This document shows positions 35,541 to 46,444 of a stretch of DNA of 64,000 nt, piece after piece. Source of the stretch: Bacteroidales bacterium. GTDB lineage: Bacteria > Bacteroidota > Bacteroidia > Bacteroidales > PWNQ01. A model generated the notes under the pieces. It searched no databases and had not been told where the DNA came from. It saw only the letters and a list, made by a program, of their open reading frames with translations. The DNA lies in NCBI GenBank assembly GCA_003557725.1, contig PWNQ01000041.1:8481-72480 (forward strand), in the 5' to 3' direction. Positions within the stretch are counted from its first letter, which is position 1. The number at the start of each line of letters is the position of its first letter. Made by a program: the position numbers and the translations under genes.

Positions 35541-36032
35541 ATGAAAATTATAGACATGGCTAATGTAAAATACTATAACAAGGAGGGGTTGGAGAAGCTA
35601 AAAAATGAGCTGAACCAACTGGAAAAGGTGGAAAGACCCAAAATATCACAGCAAATTTCGGAGGCCCGAGATAAGGGGGACTTATCTGAAAATGCAGAAT
35701 ATGACGCCGCAAAGGAAGCTCAGGGATTACTGGAAGCTAAAATCTCAAAACTGAAGGAGATTATCAATAACGCCAGAATAATTGATGAGTCCAAACTGGA
35801 TGATAGCAAGGTGTTATTGTTTTCCACCGTGGTGATCAAAAATATGAAAAACAACCAAAAAATGACCTATACCCTCGTCCCCGAAAAGGAGGCCAACCTT
35901 AAGGAGGGAAAAATCTCAGTGGATTCGCCCATCGCAAAGGGACTGCTGGGCAAAGAAGTGAATGAAAAGGCCGATATACAGGTTCCTGCCGGAAAGTTCA
36001 CCTTTCAAATAATGGATATTACCAGAAAATAG
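35541..36032 (+). CDS. greA: Transcription elongation factor GreA
   Basis: GreA coiled-coil (AREKGDLSENAEYDAAKEAQ-like: ARDKGDLSENAEYDAAKEAQ) and C-terminal domain (ISVDSPIAKGLLGK). Alternative start at ATG 35556. Confidence 0.9.
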   Translation: MKIIDMANVKYYNKEGLEKLKNELNQLEKVERPKISQQISEARDKGDLSENAEYDAAKEAQGLLEAKISKLKEIINNARIIDESKLDDSKVLLFSTVVIKNMKNNQKMTYTLVPEKEANLKEGKISVDSPIAKGLLGKEVNEKADIQVPAGKFTFQIMDITRK

Positions 36033-36056
36033 ATAAACTTTTACCCTTTTCCTGCC

Positions 36057-36449
36057 ATGAGTAGCATTTTTACCAAAATCGTTAATAAGGAAATCCCTTG
36101 TTATAAGATTGCCGAAGACGATTCCTTTTTGGCTTTTCTGGATATTAACCCGCTGGCTAAAGGCCATACGCTGGTTATACCCAAAAAGGAGGTGGATTAT
36201 ATCTTCCATTTGGATGATACATTGTATAAGGAGCTATTTGCTTTTGCCAAAAAAGTGGCACCAGCCATTGAAAAGACCATTAAATGTGAGCGTATTGGCA
36301 TTACAGTGATTGGCCTGGAGGTGCCTCATGCCCACATCCATCTTATTCCAATTAACTCTTTGTATGATATGGACTTTAAGCAGCCAAAGCTGAAGCTGAC
36401 CCAGGAGGAGTTTGCTGCCATGGCTGAGAAGATCCGGGGCAACCTCTAA
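36057..36449 (+). CDS. HIT-family (histidine triad) hydrolase
   Basis: IFTKIVNKEIPCYKIAEDD, NPLAKGHTLVIPK, and the HAHIHLIP histidine triad. Confidence 0.9.
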   Translation: MSSIFTKIVNKEIPCYKIAEDDSFLAFLDINPLAKGHTLVIPKKEVDYIFHLDDTLYKELFAFAKKVAPAIEKTIKCERIGITVIGLEVPHAHIHLIPINSLYDMDFKQPKLKLTQEEFAAMAEKIRGNL

Positions 36450-36458
36450 TAGAATGGT

Positions 36459-37022
36459 TTACCGGGATATGCGCCCCGGGTTGTTTTTTAGGAATGATTT
36501 CCAGTTGCCATCTTTTTTTCCTGTTGGGGCTGTTGCATCGCGCTGAAAAAAGTGGCATACGGCTACGGCCAGCCCGTCGGTAGCATCCAGATACTCCGGT
36601 GGCTCTTTGATTTTTAACAGTCGTTCCAGCATGCCCGCCACCTGTTCCTTGGAAGCCCCGCCCCGACCGGTTATGGACTGCTTTATGCGGCGAGGAGAAT
36701 ATTCGAATACCGGAATATCCCGGGATAATGCCGCCGCCAGAATCACCCCCTGGGCTCGACCCAGCTTTAACATGGACTGAATATTCTTGCCATAAAACAG
36801 GGCTTCGATGGCCAGACTGTCTGGATGGTGCTCGTCTATTATGGATAGCGTACGGTGAAAAATCTTTTTTAACTTTGACGCCGGATCGGTCAACCCGCTT
36901 AATTTTAAAACCCCCATATTAAGCAGAGAAATATGATTGCCACGGGCCTCTATTAGACCATATCCCATTATATTTGTGCCCGGGTCAATACCCAAAATAA
37001 TCTGTTCATTTTTCAAAACCAT
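36459..37022 (-). CDS. ruvC: Crossover junction endodeoxyribonuclease RuvC
   Basis: ILGIDPGTNIMGYGLIE, AIEALFYGKNIQS, ITGRGGASKEQV, DATDGLAVAVCH. Confidence 0.9.
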   Translation of the reverse strand: MVLKNEQIILGIDPGTNIMGYGLIEARGNHISLLNMGVLKLSGLTDPASKLKKIFHRTLSIIDEHHPDSLAIEALFYGKNIQSMLKLGRAQGVILAAALSRDIPVFEYSPRRIKQSITGRGGASKEQVAGMLERLLKIKEPPEYLDATDGLAVAVCHFFQRDATAPTGKKDGNWKSFLKNNPGRISR

Positions 37023-37031
37023 GATATCATT

Positions 37032-38102
37032 TTGTCCGCAACAAAACTATACAAATCTTTTAACCGGGGAATTAAAATAATCGTCTTTGTCCTTGCTTAT
37101 TATTTTATTTTTAAGCAACTGACAGAAAGAGAAGTCCATTTTAATACCCTCGCAGAGATGTTCCGGGGTGCACACTTTTCTCTGTACTTTACTGGCGCTA
37201 TGGTTTTGGTGCTATTGCTTATGCTTGTAAACTGGGGCGTGGAAAGTCGGAAATGGCAGTTTTTAATAGGGAAAAATGAAAAGATCAGTTGGATGACCAG
37301 CCTCACCGGAGTGTTTGGAGGGGTGACCATTAGTTCTATTACACCCAACCGCACCGGAGAATACCTGGGACGGGTATTTATCCTTAAAAAAACCCACCCG
37401 GTAAGAGGAATACTCATCACCATGGTGGGCAGCATTAGTCAGTTGTTTGCCACTCTTCTGGCGGGTACAGCAGCCATGGTATATTTGTTTGTAAAATTCC
37501 CTGTGGATACTTTAGTCTGGCCTCCCGTCTACGTTATTGCAGCTATCGGTTCGGTTGTTCTGTTAACCGTTATCCTGGCTGCATTTTACTTTAATATTCC
37601 TGGATTATATGGGAAAATAGAAACATGGATACAGAGAAGACCCCTTGTACACCGCTTTTTTAACGTATTTTTAAAGTATAACCGAAAGGACCTTGCCCTG
37701 GTATGGGGGTGGAGCATGGTGAGGTATGGCGTGTTTAGCTTTCAGCTTTATATTTTGCTCCGTGTTCTTCAGATCAACTTCCCCTTTGCCGACATGATGG
37801 CCATAATTGCACTTATATTTCTGGGTATTACCCTCATCCCTTCCATAGCTTTGGCCGAACTCCCTGTCAGGGGGTCCGTTGCTATCTTTGTGCTTAGTAT
37901 ATATGCGCAACTAAGCCATGTGCAAATTCCTGAAGATGCTCAGATGAAGATGCTTGCTGCCACAAGTATATTATGGCTAATTAATATCGTGTTGCCCACT
38001 ATCATTGGCTCTTTTGTTATTTCTAAATTGTCATTCTTTAAAATAAAAAAACATCATAAACGCACAGCCGGGGGAACCTGGGAAGGCATGAAAGATCAGT
38101 AA
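37032..38102 (+). CDS. Flippase-like / lysylphosphatidylglycerol-synthase-TM-region (UPF0104) membrane protein
   Basis: Polytopic membrane protein with about 8 TM helices and a PNRTGEYLGRVF motif. The only in-frame start available is TTG at 37032, so the start is uncertain. Confidence 0.65.
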   Translation: MSATKLYKSFNRGIKIIVFVLAYYFIFKQLTEREVHFNTLAEMFRGAHFSLYFTGAMVLVLLLMLVNWGVESRKWQFLIGKNEKISWMTSLTGVFGGVTISSITPNRTGEYLGRVFILKKTHPVRGILITMVGSISQLFATLLAGTAAMVYLFVKFPVDTLVWPPVYVIAAIGSVVLLTVILAAFYFNIPGLYGKIETWIQRRPLVHRFFNVFLKYNRKDLALVWGWSMVRYGVFSFQLYILLRVLQINFPFADMMAIIALIFLGITLIPSIALAELPVRGSVAIFVLSIYAQLSHVQIPEDAQMKMLAATSILWLINIVLPTIIGSFVISKLSFFKIKKHHKRTAGGTWEGMKDQ

Positions 38103-38134
38103 AACGAAAAATGATGTTTCCAAAATAAGACAAT

Positions 38135-39280
38135 ATGACGGTTACTTTTTTCCAGGCTGCCGGTCTATTTATTCTTCTGATATACTCCCTGCTCATTCTG
38201 GCTTTTTTCAAAGGCTGGAGGAAACTGCCGGTATATGAATTGCGTAAGCATACCCTTCCGGCTTATATGAGTATTGTTGTTCCCGTACGAAACGAGGCCA
38301 TAAACATCATTAAGCTGCTTTATGCTTTAAAAAGGCAGAATTATGATCAGCGTTGCTTTCGTGTTATTATTGTTGATGACCACTCTACAGACTCCACCCG
38401 GGAGCATATAAAGATTTTCAGGGGCAAACATCCTCAGATGAACATTATTCTGAAGTGGTTACCCGATGGAAAGACCTCCAAAAAGCAGGCTTTAAAGGCC
38501 GGTGTTGCTCAGGCTAAAGGGGATGCTTTGATCTTTATGGATGCAGACGGCCTGCCGGGTCCCGATTATTTAAGGATAATGAATGAATACTACCGCAAGG
38601 ATCGGCCTGCCATGCTGCTGGGCCCCATAGCTGTTCACGGTGGCAGCAACTTGTTTGACCGACTGCAGGCCCTGGAGTTTTTATCTCTTATCTTTTCAAC
38701 TGCCGGTGCAGCAGGAATGCAAAAGCCTATAATGGCCAACGGTGCCAGCTTGCTTATGGATATGCAGGTGCTTCAAGAGTATCACAATGATGACCCTTTT
38801 AAGGATGACCTGGCTTCAGGAGATGATATGTTCTTATTGCACCATGTGAAAAAATACCTGGGAAGCAAGCGAATATCCTTTGTCAGACACCCGGGAGCCA
38901 TTATTAAGACCTGCGGGGCCATTACCCCGGCCGCTTTCCGGGAACAACGAAAACGTTGGGTCTCCAAAAGCACAGCCTACAGGGACCCGTTCCTTATCTT
39001 CGTGGCAATCACTGTGTGGTTAATGGCAGTGGTGCAGGCCACCAGCCTGGGTGCTGGAGCCATAAATCCAAACCTTTTGTACTATACCGCTATCATATGG
39101 GGAGTAAAGATCATTGTGGATATTGTCGCACTCCTTCCTGTTACTCGTTTTACCGGACAAAAAAACCTGAGAAAGTACATACTGCTCCTTACCCTAATGC
39201 ATCCCTTTTACATACTCTTTACTTCTTTTTCCGGATGGTTGTTTCCATACCGATGGAAGGGCCGGAAGCATAAACGTTGA
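38135..39280 (+). CDS. Family 2 glycosyltransferase (membrane-bound)
   Basis: SIVVPVRNEA, VIIVDDHSTDST and FMDADG (GT2 DxD region), plus C-terminal TM helices. Adjacent to the UPF0104 gene. Confidence 0.8.
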   Translation: MTVTFFQAAGLFILLIYSLLILAFFKGWRKLPVYELRKHTLPAYMSIVVPVRNEAINIIKLLYALKRQNYDQRCFRVIIVDDHSTDSTREHIKIFRGKHPQMNIILKWLPDGKTSKKQALKAGVAQAKGDALIFMDADGLPGPDYLRIMNEYYRKDRPAMLLGPIAVHGGSNLFDRLQALEFLSLIFSTAGAAGMQKPIMANGASLLMDMQVLQEYHNDDPFKDDLASGDDMFLLHHVKKYLGSKRISFVRHPGAIIKTCGAITPAAFREQRKRWVSKSTAYRDPFLIFVAITVWLMAVVQATSLGAGAINPNLLYYTAIIWGVKIIVDIVALLPVTRFTGQKNLRKYILLLTLMHPFYILFTSFSGWLFPYRWKGRKHKR

Positions 39281-39313
39281 CTTAGGGGCAGCCTGACTAT
39301 TTGTAGAGGGAGG

Positions 39314-39991
39314 TTACCGTGTAGGTTTGTCAGCCAGCATGATGGCAATTTTCAGGTCCAGGGGGGTAGTCACTTTAAGGTTTTCTTCATCACCGGGCAC
39401 CAGGTGAATTTTTATGCCCATTTTTTCCACCACGCTGGCATCATCGGTAAATGACCTTTGCCATGGTTGCAAGTATGCCTTTTTAATCAACCGGGTATGA
39501 AATACCTGTGGGGTTTGGATCCTTTTTATCTGGTCCCGGGGGGCAACTGTTGAGCCATTATTGTCCGTTATTCTAATGGAATCGGGTGTGCTCAGGCAGG
39601 GGATGGCGGCTTTATGTACCTGGGCAGCATCGAAAATGCGGCGTATCATTGGGGCTGGTGGGAAAGGCCTTACTCCGTCATGCACAGCGGTTAAGCCCTG
39701 GTCTTCTTGGATGATATTGCAGGCGTTTTTTACGGATTCAAACCGTGTTTCGCCGCCCGGCACTATTTCATGCGCGGTGGTAAACTGAAATTGTTGGCAC
39801 AGCGACTTCCAAAAATCTATATGATCCCTGGGCAGGGCCACAATTTTCTTCAGCTCAGGGTCAAAGGCCTCAAAAGCCAGAATGGCATGCATAAGCAGTG
39901 GACGATCGCCAACCGGGATAAACTGCTTGGGGATCTCCCGCCCCATTCTGCGGCCAATACCTCCGGCAACAAAGATCACGTGGTTTGTCAC
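39314..39991 (-). CDS. ispD: 2-C-methyl-D-erythritol 4-phosphate cytidylyltransferase
   Basis: VIFVAGGIGRRMG...PKQF, VHDGVRPF, QTPQVF motifs. Confidence 0.9.
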   Translation of the reverse strand: MTNHVIFVAGGIGRRMGREIPKQFIPVGDRPLLMHAILAFEAFDPELKKIVALPRDHIDFWKSLCQQFQFTTAHEIVPGGETRFESVKNACNIIQEDQGLTAVHDGVRPFPPAPMIRRIFDAAQVHKAAIPCLSTPDSIRITDNNGSTVAPRDQIKRIQTPQVFHTRLIKKAYLQPWQRSFTDDASVVEKMGIKIHLVPGDEENLKVTTPLDLKIAIMLADKPTR

Positions 39992-40002
39992 AGCTTTATA
40001 CG

Positions 40003-41055
40003 TTAATCAACAATAAGCATGGCATCGCCATAGGTGAAAAAGCGATACTTTTCTTTGACAGCTACTCTATAGGCCTCCATTAATAATTCATAACCGGCAA
40101 AGGCAGATACCAGCATCATCATGGTGGATTGTGGCATGTGGAAGTTGGACACCATAGAGTTGGCCACACCAAACTCATAGGGGGGGAAGATAAACTTGTT
40201 GGTCCAGCCGTTGTAAGGCTTTACATATCCTGTGATAGAAACACCTGACTCCAGCGCCTTCATGGTGGTGGTGCCAATAACACAGATGTTCTTGCCTTTG
40301 TCTTTGGTTGCATTTATAAGGTCGGCAGTGGGCTTTTCAATATGCATTTCCTCGGAGTCCATCTTGTGCTTGGACAGATCCTCCACGTCTATTTTTCTAA
40401 AGTTGCCCAGGCCGGCATGTAAGGTGACCTCGCCAAAGTTTACGCCTTTGATCTCCATCCTTTTTATAATCTCCCGGCTAAAGTGAAGGCCGGCGGTGGG
40501 GGCTGCAACAGCACCCTCATGTTTGGCGAAAATGGTTTGATAGCGCTCTTTGTCTTCCGGCTCAACAGGACGGTTAATGATGCGGGGTAGCGGAGTCTCT
40601 CCCAGCTTTTGAACCAGCTTGCGAAACTCCTCGTTGGTCCCATCATGTAAAAAACGAAGCGTCCGACCACGGGAGGTGGTGTTGTCAATCACTTCGGCTA
40701 CCAGATCATTGTCCTCACCAAAATATAGCTTGTTGCCAATACGTATTTTACGCGCCGGATTAACCAGCACATCCCATAAGTGGGTCTCCCGGTTGAGCTC
40801 ACGCAGAAGGAAAACCTCAATCTTTGCCCCTGTCTTTTCTTTTATACCATATAACCGGGCAGGAAAAACCTTTGTGTTATTGAGCACCAAAGTGTCCTGG
40901 TCATCAAAGAAGTTTAAAATGTCCTTAAATGACTTGTGTTCTATTTTGCCACTTTTTCTGTGCAATATCATTAAACGCGACTCATCACGATAACGGGGAG
41001 GATGGGTCGCTATCAGATCAACAGGGAGATCAAATTTAAACTGAGATAATTTCAT
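40003..41055 (-). CDS. queA: tRNA preQ1(34) S-adenosylmethionine ribosyltransferase-isomerase
   Basis: [50 protein letters not shown]-like end ([11 protein letters not shown]). Confidence 0.95.
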   Translation of the reverse strand: MKLSQFKFDLPVDLIATHPPRYRDESRLMILHRKSGKIEHKSFKDILNFFDDQDTLVLNNTKVFPARLYGIKEKTGAKIEVFLLRELNRETHLWDVLVNPARKIRIGNKLYFGEDNDLVAEVIDNTTSRGRTLRFLHDGTNEEFRKLVQKLGETPLPRIINRPVEPEDKERYQTIFAKHEGAVAAPTAGLHFSREIIKRMEIKGVNFGEVTLHAGLGNFRKIDVEDLSKHKMDSEEMHIEKPTADLINATKDKGKNICVIGTTTMKALESGVSITGYVKPYNGWTNKFIFPPYEFGVANSMVSNFHMPQSTMMMLVSAFAGYELLMEAYRVAVKEKYRFFTYGDAMLIVD

Positions 41056-41216
41056 GTGTTTAAAAAATTTTGAAGACCATATATTTTGCTTTTATGCCCC
41101 GGATATACCAAATGGGCATGAAACAACCCAAAGGACACGCCAAGGCCATTGGCTATGCCATATACATCCCCGGTAAAAAGGGGATTAACATTTTGGACCC
41201 TTAGGGAAATGGCGTG

Positions 41217-41224
41217 CAAAGATA
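41217..41224 (-). promoter_or_regulatory. -7 box TATCTTTG upstream of queA
   Basis: Exact TAnnTTTG match on the minus strand in the same extended context (TTATCTTTGCAC) as the porV box. It lies about 160 nt upstream of the queA ATG. Confidence 0.4.
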
Positions 41225-41351
41225 ATACATTAAGGAGGCCATGTCCAGTGTTTTCTTATAATAATGAACCAATTAAGGGGAAAGAGCTGTGTATGAGTGG
41301 GTAACAAATTCTTTGGCCGGGTTTCCCAATCCGGGGCTCCGGCGCAATAAA

Positions 41352-44144
41352 TCAATTGGCAACCACTACGTTGACGATACGTTTGGGGACGACTATCACT
41401 TTTTTGGGCGGTTTGCCTTGCAGGTATTTTTCACTACGCTCGTCATCAAGTACGGCTTGTTCAATTTCCTCTTTGTTCAAATCCAAAGGCAACGCTTTTT
41501 TAAAGCGCATTTTTCCATTGAAAGAAACGGGGTACTCAAAGCTATATTCTTTGAGGAAGGATGAGTCCAGTGGGGGTATTGGGGCATAGGCAATACTATC
41601 CCGGTGGCCCATTTTGCTCCATAGTTCTTCCGCAATATGGGGCGCAAAAGGGGCTATCAGGGTGGTGAGCGGTTCCAGGATGGCCCTTTTCCGGCAGTTT
41701 ATATCGGTGAGTTCATTTACACAGATCATAAACTGGCTCACAGTAGTATTAAATGCCAGGCGTTCCATATCATCCTTAACCTTTTTTATGGTTTGATGCA
41801 GTACCTTAAGTTCTTTTTCTGAAGGCCGGGCATCCTCTACTGCAAAGGTGCCCTGGTCATCGTGAAACAGCCGCCAGAGTTTTTTTACAAAGCGAAAAAC
41901 ACCTTCAATCCCCTGTGTATCCCAGGGCTTATGGCTTTCCAGGGGGCCCAGAAACATTTCATATAGCCGGAAGGTGTCTGCGCCATATTGCTCCATAAGG
42001 TCATCGGGGGCTTGAACATTATATTTGGACTTGCTCATTTTCTCCACCTCACGGCCGCAAATATATCTTCCATCTTCTTCAGTGATAAACTGGGCATCCT
42101 TATACTGAGGCCACCACTTTTTAAACGCTTCCGTATCAAGGACGTCGTTATCTACCAGGTTAATGTCCACGTGAATTTTCTGTGTTTTGTGCTTTTTGCG
42201 CTGGTGATAAGATACAAAGGTGTTGGTTCCCGGAATTCGGTATACAAAGCTGGAGCGACCCTGGATTTTTCCCTGGTTGATCATTCTTTTGTAGGGCTCT
42301 TCTTCTGTGGTCATTCCCAGATCATATAAAAACATGGCGCAAAACCGGGAGTATATGAGGTGTCCGGTAGCATGCTCATCGCCACCCAGGTACAGATCCA
42401 CGTCTTTCCAATAGGCGTTGGCATCTTTAGAGAAAAACTCCTTTTCATTGTGGGGGTCCATGTATCGGTAGTAGTAGGCATTGGATCCGGCAAATCCGGG
42501 CATAGTATTTGTTTCCAGCGGGTATCCTTCTTTGGTTTTCCAGTTTTTTGCTCTGGCCAGTGGCGGTTCTCCTTTTTCTGTGGGCTGGTATTTATCCACT
42601 TCAGGCAGCTTAAGGGGCAGTTGGTCATCATCCAGTGCGTAAGGCATGCCATTTTTATAGTATATGGGGAATGGTTCGCCCCAATACCGTTGGCGGCTAA
42701 AGATGGCATCCCTGAGCCGGAACTGAACCGTATCATGGCCCAGACCTTTCTCTTTCAGTATCTCAATGGTTTTATTGATGGCCTGGTCTACGGGTAACCC
42801 GTTGATGTCTTTTGAGTTGATTAGATGGCCTTCTTTGGAGTCGTAGGCATTTTCCCAGGTATCCGTATTTTCCAGAACTTCTCCGGGGCGGGACACCACC
42901 TGAACAATGGGCAAGTGATAGTGCCGTGCAAAGAGGAAGTCTCTGGCATCATGAGCCGGAACAGACATAATGGCGCCGGTACCGTATCCGCTGAGCACAT
43001 AGTCCGCAACCCATACGGGTATTGGCTTGCCGTTAAGAGGATTAATAGCATAAGAGCCGGTAAAAACACCGCTTACTTCTTTGGTATCTGCCATCCGCTC
43101 GCGTTCACTTCTCATTTTAGCCTGCTGAACATAAGCTTCCACCTCTTTTTGTTGCCCCGGTGTAGTGAGAGACTCCGTAAGTTCATGCTCCGGTGCAAGC
43201 ACCATAAAAGTAGCTCCGTAAAGGGTGTCGGGGCGTGTGGTAAATACTTCAATGCTTTGATCGCTGTCTTTAACAGGAAAATGCACGGTGGCCCCCTGTG
43301 ATCGTCCAATCCAGTTGCGTTGCACTTCTTTTACAGACCGGGGCCAGTTGAGGTGATCCAGGTTGTCCAGCATCCGTTGGGCGTAAGCACTGATCCTTAA
43401 AGACCATTGCATCATCTTTTTCTGTTCCACCGGATGGCCGCCACGTTCCGAAAACCCGTCCTTTACTTCATCGTTGGCCAGCACTGTACCCAGAGCTGGG
43501 CACCAGTTGACCATGGTCTTTGAAAGATAGGCCAGACGATAGTTCATAAGCATCTTTTGCTGCCTAACCTCATCCCAGCTGTTCCACTGTTGGGCAGTAA
43601 ATGGATCATGAGGGTGGGAATGAGCAGAAATATCCTTACTACCACTATCATAAAATAACTCAACAAGGGCGCTAATGGGACGAGCGGTATTTCTTTTGCT
43701 ATCATACCAGTGATCAAAAAAACGCAAAAAAGTCCATTGTGTCCATTTGTAATACGACGGGTCGCTGGTCCTTACCTCACGGGTCCAGTCAAAAGAAAAC
43801 CCGATACGATCCAGTTGCTTACGGTATCGTTTGATGTTACGCTCGGTGGTTACTGCCGGATGGGTGCCCGTTTGTATGGCATACTGCTCTGCAGGAAGAC
43901 CAAACGAGTCGAAACCCATGGGATGAAGTACATTGTAACCCTCCATTCGCTTATAGCGGGCCACAATATCCGAGGCAATGTAACCCAGTGGATGACCCAC
44001 ATGCAAACCTGCTCCGGAGGGATAAGGAAACATGTCCAATACATAATACTTCCTCTTGTCGCTTGGCTCTTCCACCACAAAGGTGTTATGCTCTGCCCAG
44101 TACTGCTGCCACTTCTTTTCGGTGGCTAAAAAATTGTAATCCAT
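41352..44144 (-). CDS. leuS: Leucine--tRNA ligase
   Basis: [18 protein letters not shown] (HIGH-type motif), KMSKSK (KMSKS motif), 930 aa. Confidence 0.95.
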   Translation of the reverse strand: MDYNFLATEKKWQQYWAEHNTFVVEEPSDKRKYYVLDMFPYPSGAGLHVGHPLGYIASDIVARYKRMEGYNVLHPMGFDSFGLPAEQYAIQTGTHPAVTTERNIKRYRKQLDRIGFSFDWTREVRTSDPSYYKWTQWTFLRFFDHWYDSKRNTARPISALVELFYDSGSKDISAHSHPHDPFTAQQWNSWDEVRQQKMLMNYRLAYLSKTMVNWCPALGTVLANDEVKDGFSERGGHPVEQKKMMQWSLRISAYAQRMLDNLDHLNWPRSVKEVQRNWIGRSQGATVHFPVKDSDQSIEVFTTRPDTLYGATFMVLAPEHELTESLTTPGQQKEVEAYVQQAKMRSERERMADTKEVSGVFTGSYAINPLNGKPIPVWVADYVLSGYGTGAIMSVPAHDARDFLFARHYHLPIVQVVSRPGEVLENTDTWENAYDSKEGHLINSKDINGLPVDQAINKTIEILKEKGLGHDTVQFRLRDAIFSRQRYWGEPFPIYYKNGMPYALDDDQLPLKLPEVDKYQPTEKGEPPLARAKNWKTKEGYPLETNTMPGFAGSNAYYYRYMDPHNEKEFFSKDANAYWKDVDLYLGGDEHATGHLIYSRFCAMFLYDLGMTTEEEPYKRMINQGKIQGRSSFVYRIPGTNTFVSYHQRKKHKTQKIHVDINLVDNDVLDTEAFKKWWPQYKDAQFITEEDGRYICGREVEKMSKSKYNVQAPDDLMEQYGADTFRLYEMFLGPLESHKPWDTQGIEGVFRFVKKLWRLFHDDQGTFAVEDARPSEKELKVLHQTIKKVKDDMERLAFNTTVSQFMICVNELTDINCRKRAILEPLTTLIAPFAPHIAEELWSKMGHRDSIAYAPIPPLDSSFLKEYSFEYPVSFNGKMRFKKALPLDLNKEEIEQAVLDDERSEKYLQGKPPKKVIVVPKRIVNVVVAN

Positions 44145-44262
44145 GATCTTTCGTTCTTTCTGGTATGACTTCCTTTCAGCCTGCGAATTTAATTAAACGG
44201 TTTTTATTAGAGGGTAAATAAGAACATGCAAAAAAGTATTATTTTAGCCCATTGAAAACCCT

Positions 44263-45144
44263 ATGGCAAAAAAAGAAGAAAAATTGAGCAACCGAAGGCT
44301 CACAACCTCGGTACTAACCACAGTATTAAGCATATCACTGGTTCTTTACATGCTTGGACTGGTGGGGTTGATTGTATTGAATGCGAAAAATATCGCCGAT
44401 ACCGTGAAGGAAAATATTATGGTATCGGTGATCATGGATGAAGAGGTGAGTGAAGCGGATATCATTTTGCTTCAAAGAGCGATCGACCATAAACCATATC
44501 GGAAAAGAACACGATATGTGACACGGGAACAGGCTACAAGGGAATTAACCCAAGACCTGGGAGAAGACTTTGTGGAATTCCTGGGATATACCCCACTGTT
44601 GCCATCTATTGAAGTATATGTGAATGCAGAATATGTCAATAACGACTCCCTGGCAGTTATTTATGAACAACTCTCAGGAAAACCCGGAGTAAAAGAGGTG
44701 GACTATGAGAAATCATTGGTGGAACAGGTGAATAAAAACCTGCACCGGGTCTCTGTGATCATCCTTGCATTTAGTATTGTTTTGATCCTGATAGCCATTG
44801 CATTGATAAACAATACCATCAGGCTTTCTGTGTTTTCCAAACGCTTCCTTATTAAAAGCATGCAACTGGTAGGAGCTACCCAACGGTTTATCCGAAGGCC
44901 CTTCCTGCTTAAAGGTATGCTCCACGGGCTGGTTGCAGCGCTGCTTTCCATCGCTTTGCTAACAGGAACAATGGTTATCCTCAATGATTACTTCCCGGAC
45001 TTTATACATATGGATGACCTGGACTTGTATTTGTCCCTGTTCCTGGGGGTAATCATCTTCGGACTGCTGTTTACCTGGATAGCTACCTACTTTGCAGTTC
45101 GTAAGTACTTGAAAATTAAAACGGACCATTTATATTATTATTAA
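44263..45144 (+). CDS. ftsX: Cell division protein FtsX-like permease
   Basis: N-terminal TM helix, periplasmic loop domain and three C-terminal TM helices (FtsX topology), with the conserved MQLVGAT motif. Confidence 0.8.
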   Translation: MAKKEEKLSNRRLTTSVLTTVLSISLVLYMLGLVGLIVLNAKNIADTVKENIMVSVIMDEEVSEADIILLQRAIDHKPYRKRTRYVTREQATRELTQDLGEDFVEFLGYTPLLPSIEVYVNAEYVNNDSLAVIYEQLSGKPGVKEVDYEKSLVEQVNKNLHRVSVIILAFSIVLILIAIALINNTIRLSVFSKRFLIKSMQLVGATQRFIRRPFLLKGMLHGLVAALLSIALLTGTMVILNDYFPDFIHMDDLDLYLSLFLGVIIFGLLFTWIATYFAVRKYLKIKTDHLYYY

Positions 45145-45159
45145 AATTCGTGTGTTGGC

Positions 45160-45486
45160 ATGAAAAAAGAGCAAAAGAAGAACAAATCGGGTAATGAGCC
45201 TGCAAAAAAACCCGCAGGCAGAAAAAAAGAGGCTGTCTTGTACGAAGACTTTACTTTTGGAAGACAAAGCTACCGGTTGCTGATTATTGGCCTCATACTG
45301 ATTGGGGTAGGATTTGCCCTTATGGTAGGTGGAGGATCCGGTGACCCCGAAGTGTTTAGCGAGGATATCTTTAGTCACAGACGGATCACCTTAGGGCCCA
45401 TATTGGTCCTGGCAGGATATGTGGTGGAAGTCTTTGCCATTATGAAACGGCCACCCAGGAAAAAACAGAGTGACCCACCCGCTTAA
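45160..45486 (+). CDS. DUF3098-like small membrane protein
   Basis: Lys-rich N-terminus and two TM helices. It follows ftsX, which is the arrangement I recall for DUF3098 in Bacteroidota. Confidence 0.6.
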   Translation: MKKEQKKNKSGNEPAKKPAGRKKEAVLYEDFTFGRQSYRLLIIGLILIGVGFALMVGGGSGDPEVFSEDIFSHRRITLGPILVLAGYVVEVFAIMKRPPRKKQSDPPA

Positions 45487-45634
45487 CCTCACCATCTCAT
45501 ATATTCCTCCCTTTGCAAACTGTAACAAAATTCCCGGTGCTTTGGGACTTTGTTTTTTATTCATTATTATCCAGTCATCCCTCAGGGGGTGAAAGCTGTG
45601 TTCTTATTGCGGGTTCAATCATTAAATTTAAACT

Positions 45635-46426
45635 ATGAGTTGGTTAGAGGCATTGATTTTAGGGGTTATTCAGGGATTGACCGAGTTTTTACCGGTAAGC
45701 AGCAGTGGCCATCTGGAGCTGGCGGGAGCTATTTTAGATGACTCCATGCTCCCCGAGGAAGGGCTGCTTATGTCCATTATTCTTCATGGGGCTACGGCGC
45801 TAAGTACCATCGTAGTTTTTCGTAAGGATGTGATGGAAATGCTCCGGGGCATTATAAAATGGCAGTGGAATGAGGAGATGAAGTTTGCCTTTAAGGTGGG
45901 GATTTCAATGATCCCCGCAGGAATAATCGGGCTGTTCTTTGAAGAGCAGATCCAGCAGTTGTTTGGAGGGCAGGTTCTTCTGGTAGGCTTTATGTTGCTG
46001 GTTACCGGAACTTTGCTTTTTATTGCCGATTTATCCAAAACCACAGATAAAGGGGTGGGCTTCAGGCATTCGTTTATTATCGGGGTGGCTCAGGCGGTGG
46101 CTTTGTTGCCGGGCATTTCCCGGGCAGGGGCCACCATCTCCATGAGCGTTATGCTGGGCATAGACCGTGCCAGAGCTGCCCGGTTTTCTTTCCTTATGGT
46201 AGTACCCCTAATACTGGGGAAGGTGGTCCTGGACCTCTTTAGTGGTAACGTCAGCGACTCTACCCTGGAGGCGGGCCCGCTGGCAGTGGGGTTTGTTACC
46301 GCTTTTGTCTTTGGAGTGATGGCCTGTAAGCTTATGATCGCACTGGTGCGCAAAGCTAAACTAAAGTACTTTTCCTTCTATTGCTATGCCGTAGGACTCA
46401 CTGCCATAGCTCTGATGGTGTTTTAA
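45635..46426 (+). CDS. uppP: Undecaprenyl-diphosphate phosphatase
   Basis: GVIQGLTEFLPVSSSGHL, PGISRAGATI motifs. Polytopic, 263 aa. Confidence 0.9.
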   Translation: MSWLEALILGVIQGLTEFLPVSSSGHLELAGAILDDSMLPEEGLLMSIILHGATALSTIVVFRKDVMEMLRGIIKWQWNEEMKFAFKVGISMIPAGIIGLFFEEQIQQLFGGQVLLVGFMLLVTGTLLFIADLSKTTDKGVGFRHSFIIGVAQAVALLPGISRAGATISMSVMLGIDRARAARFSFLMVVPLILGKVVLDLFSGNVSDSTLEAGPLAVGFVTAFVFGVMACKLMIALVRKAKLKYFSFYCYAVGLTAIALMVF

Positions 46427-46444
46427 TTCTGACCTCTTACCATT

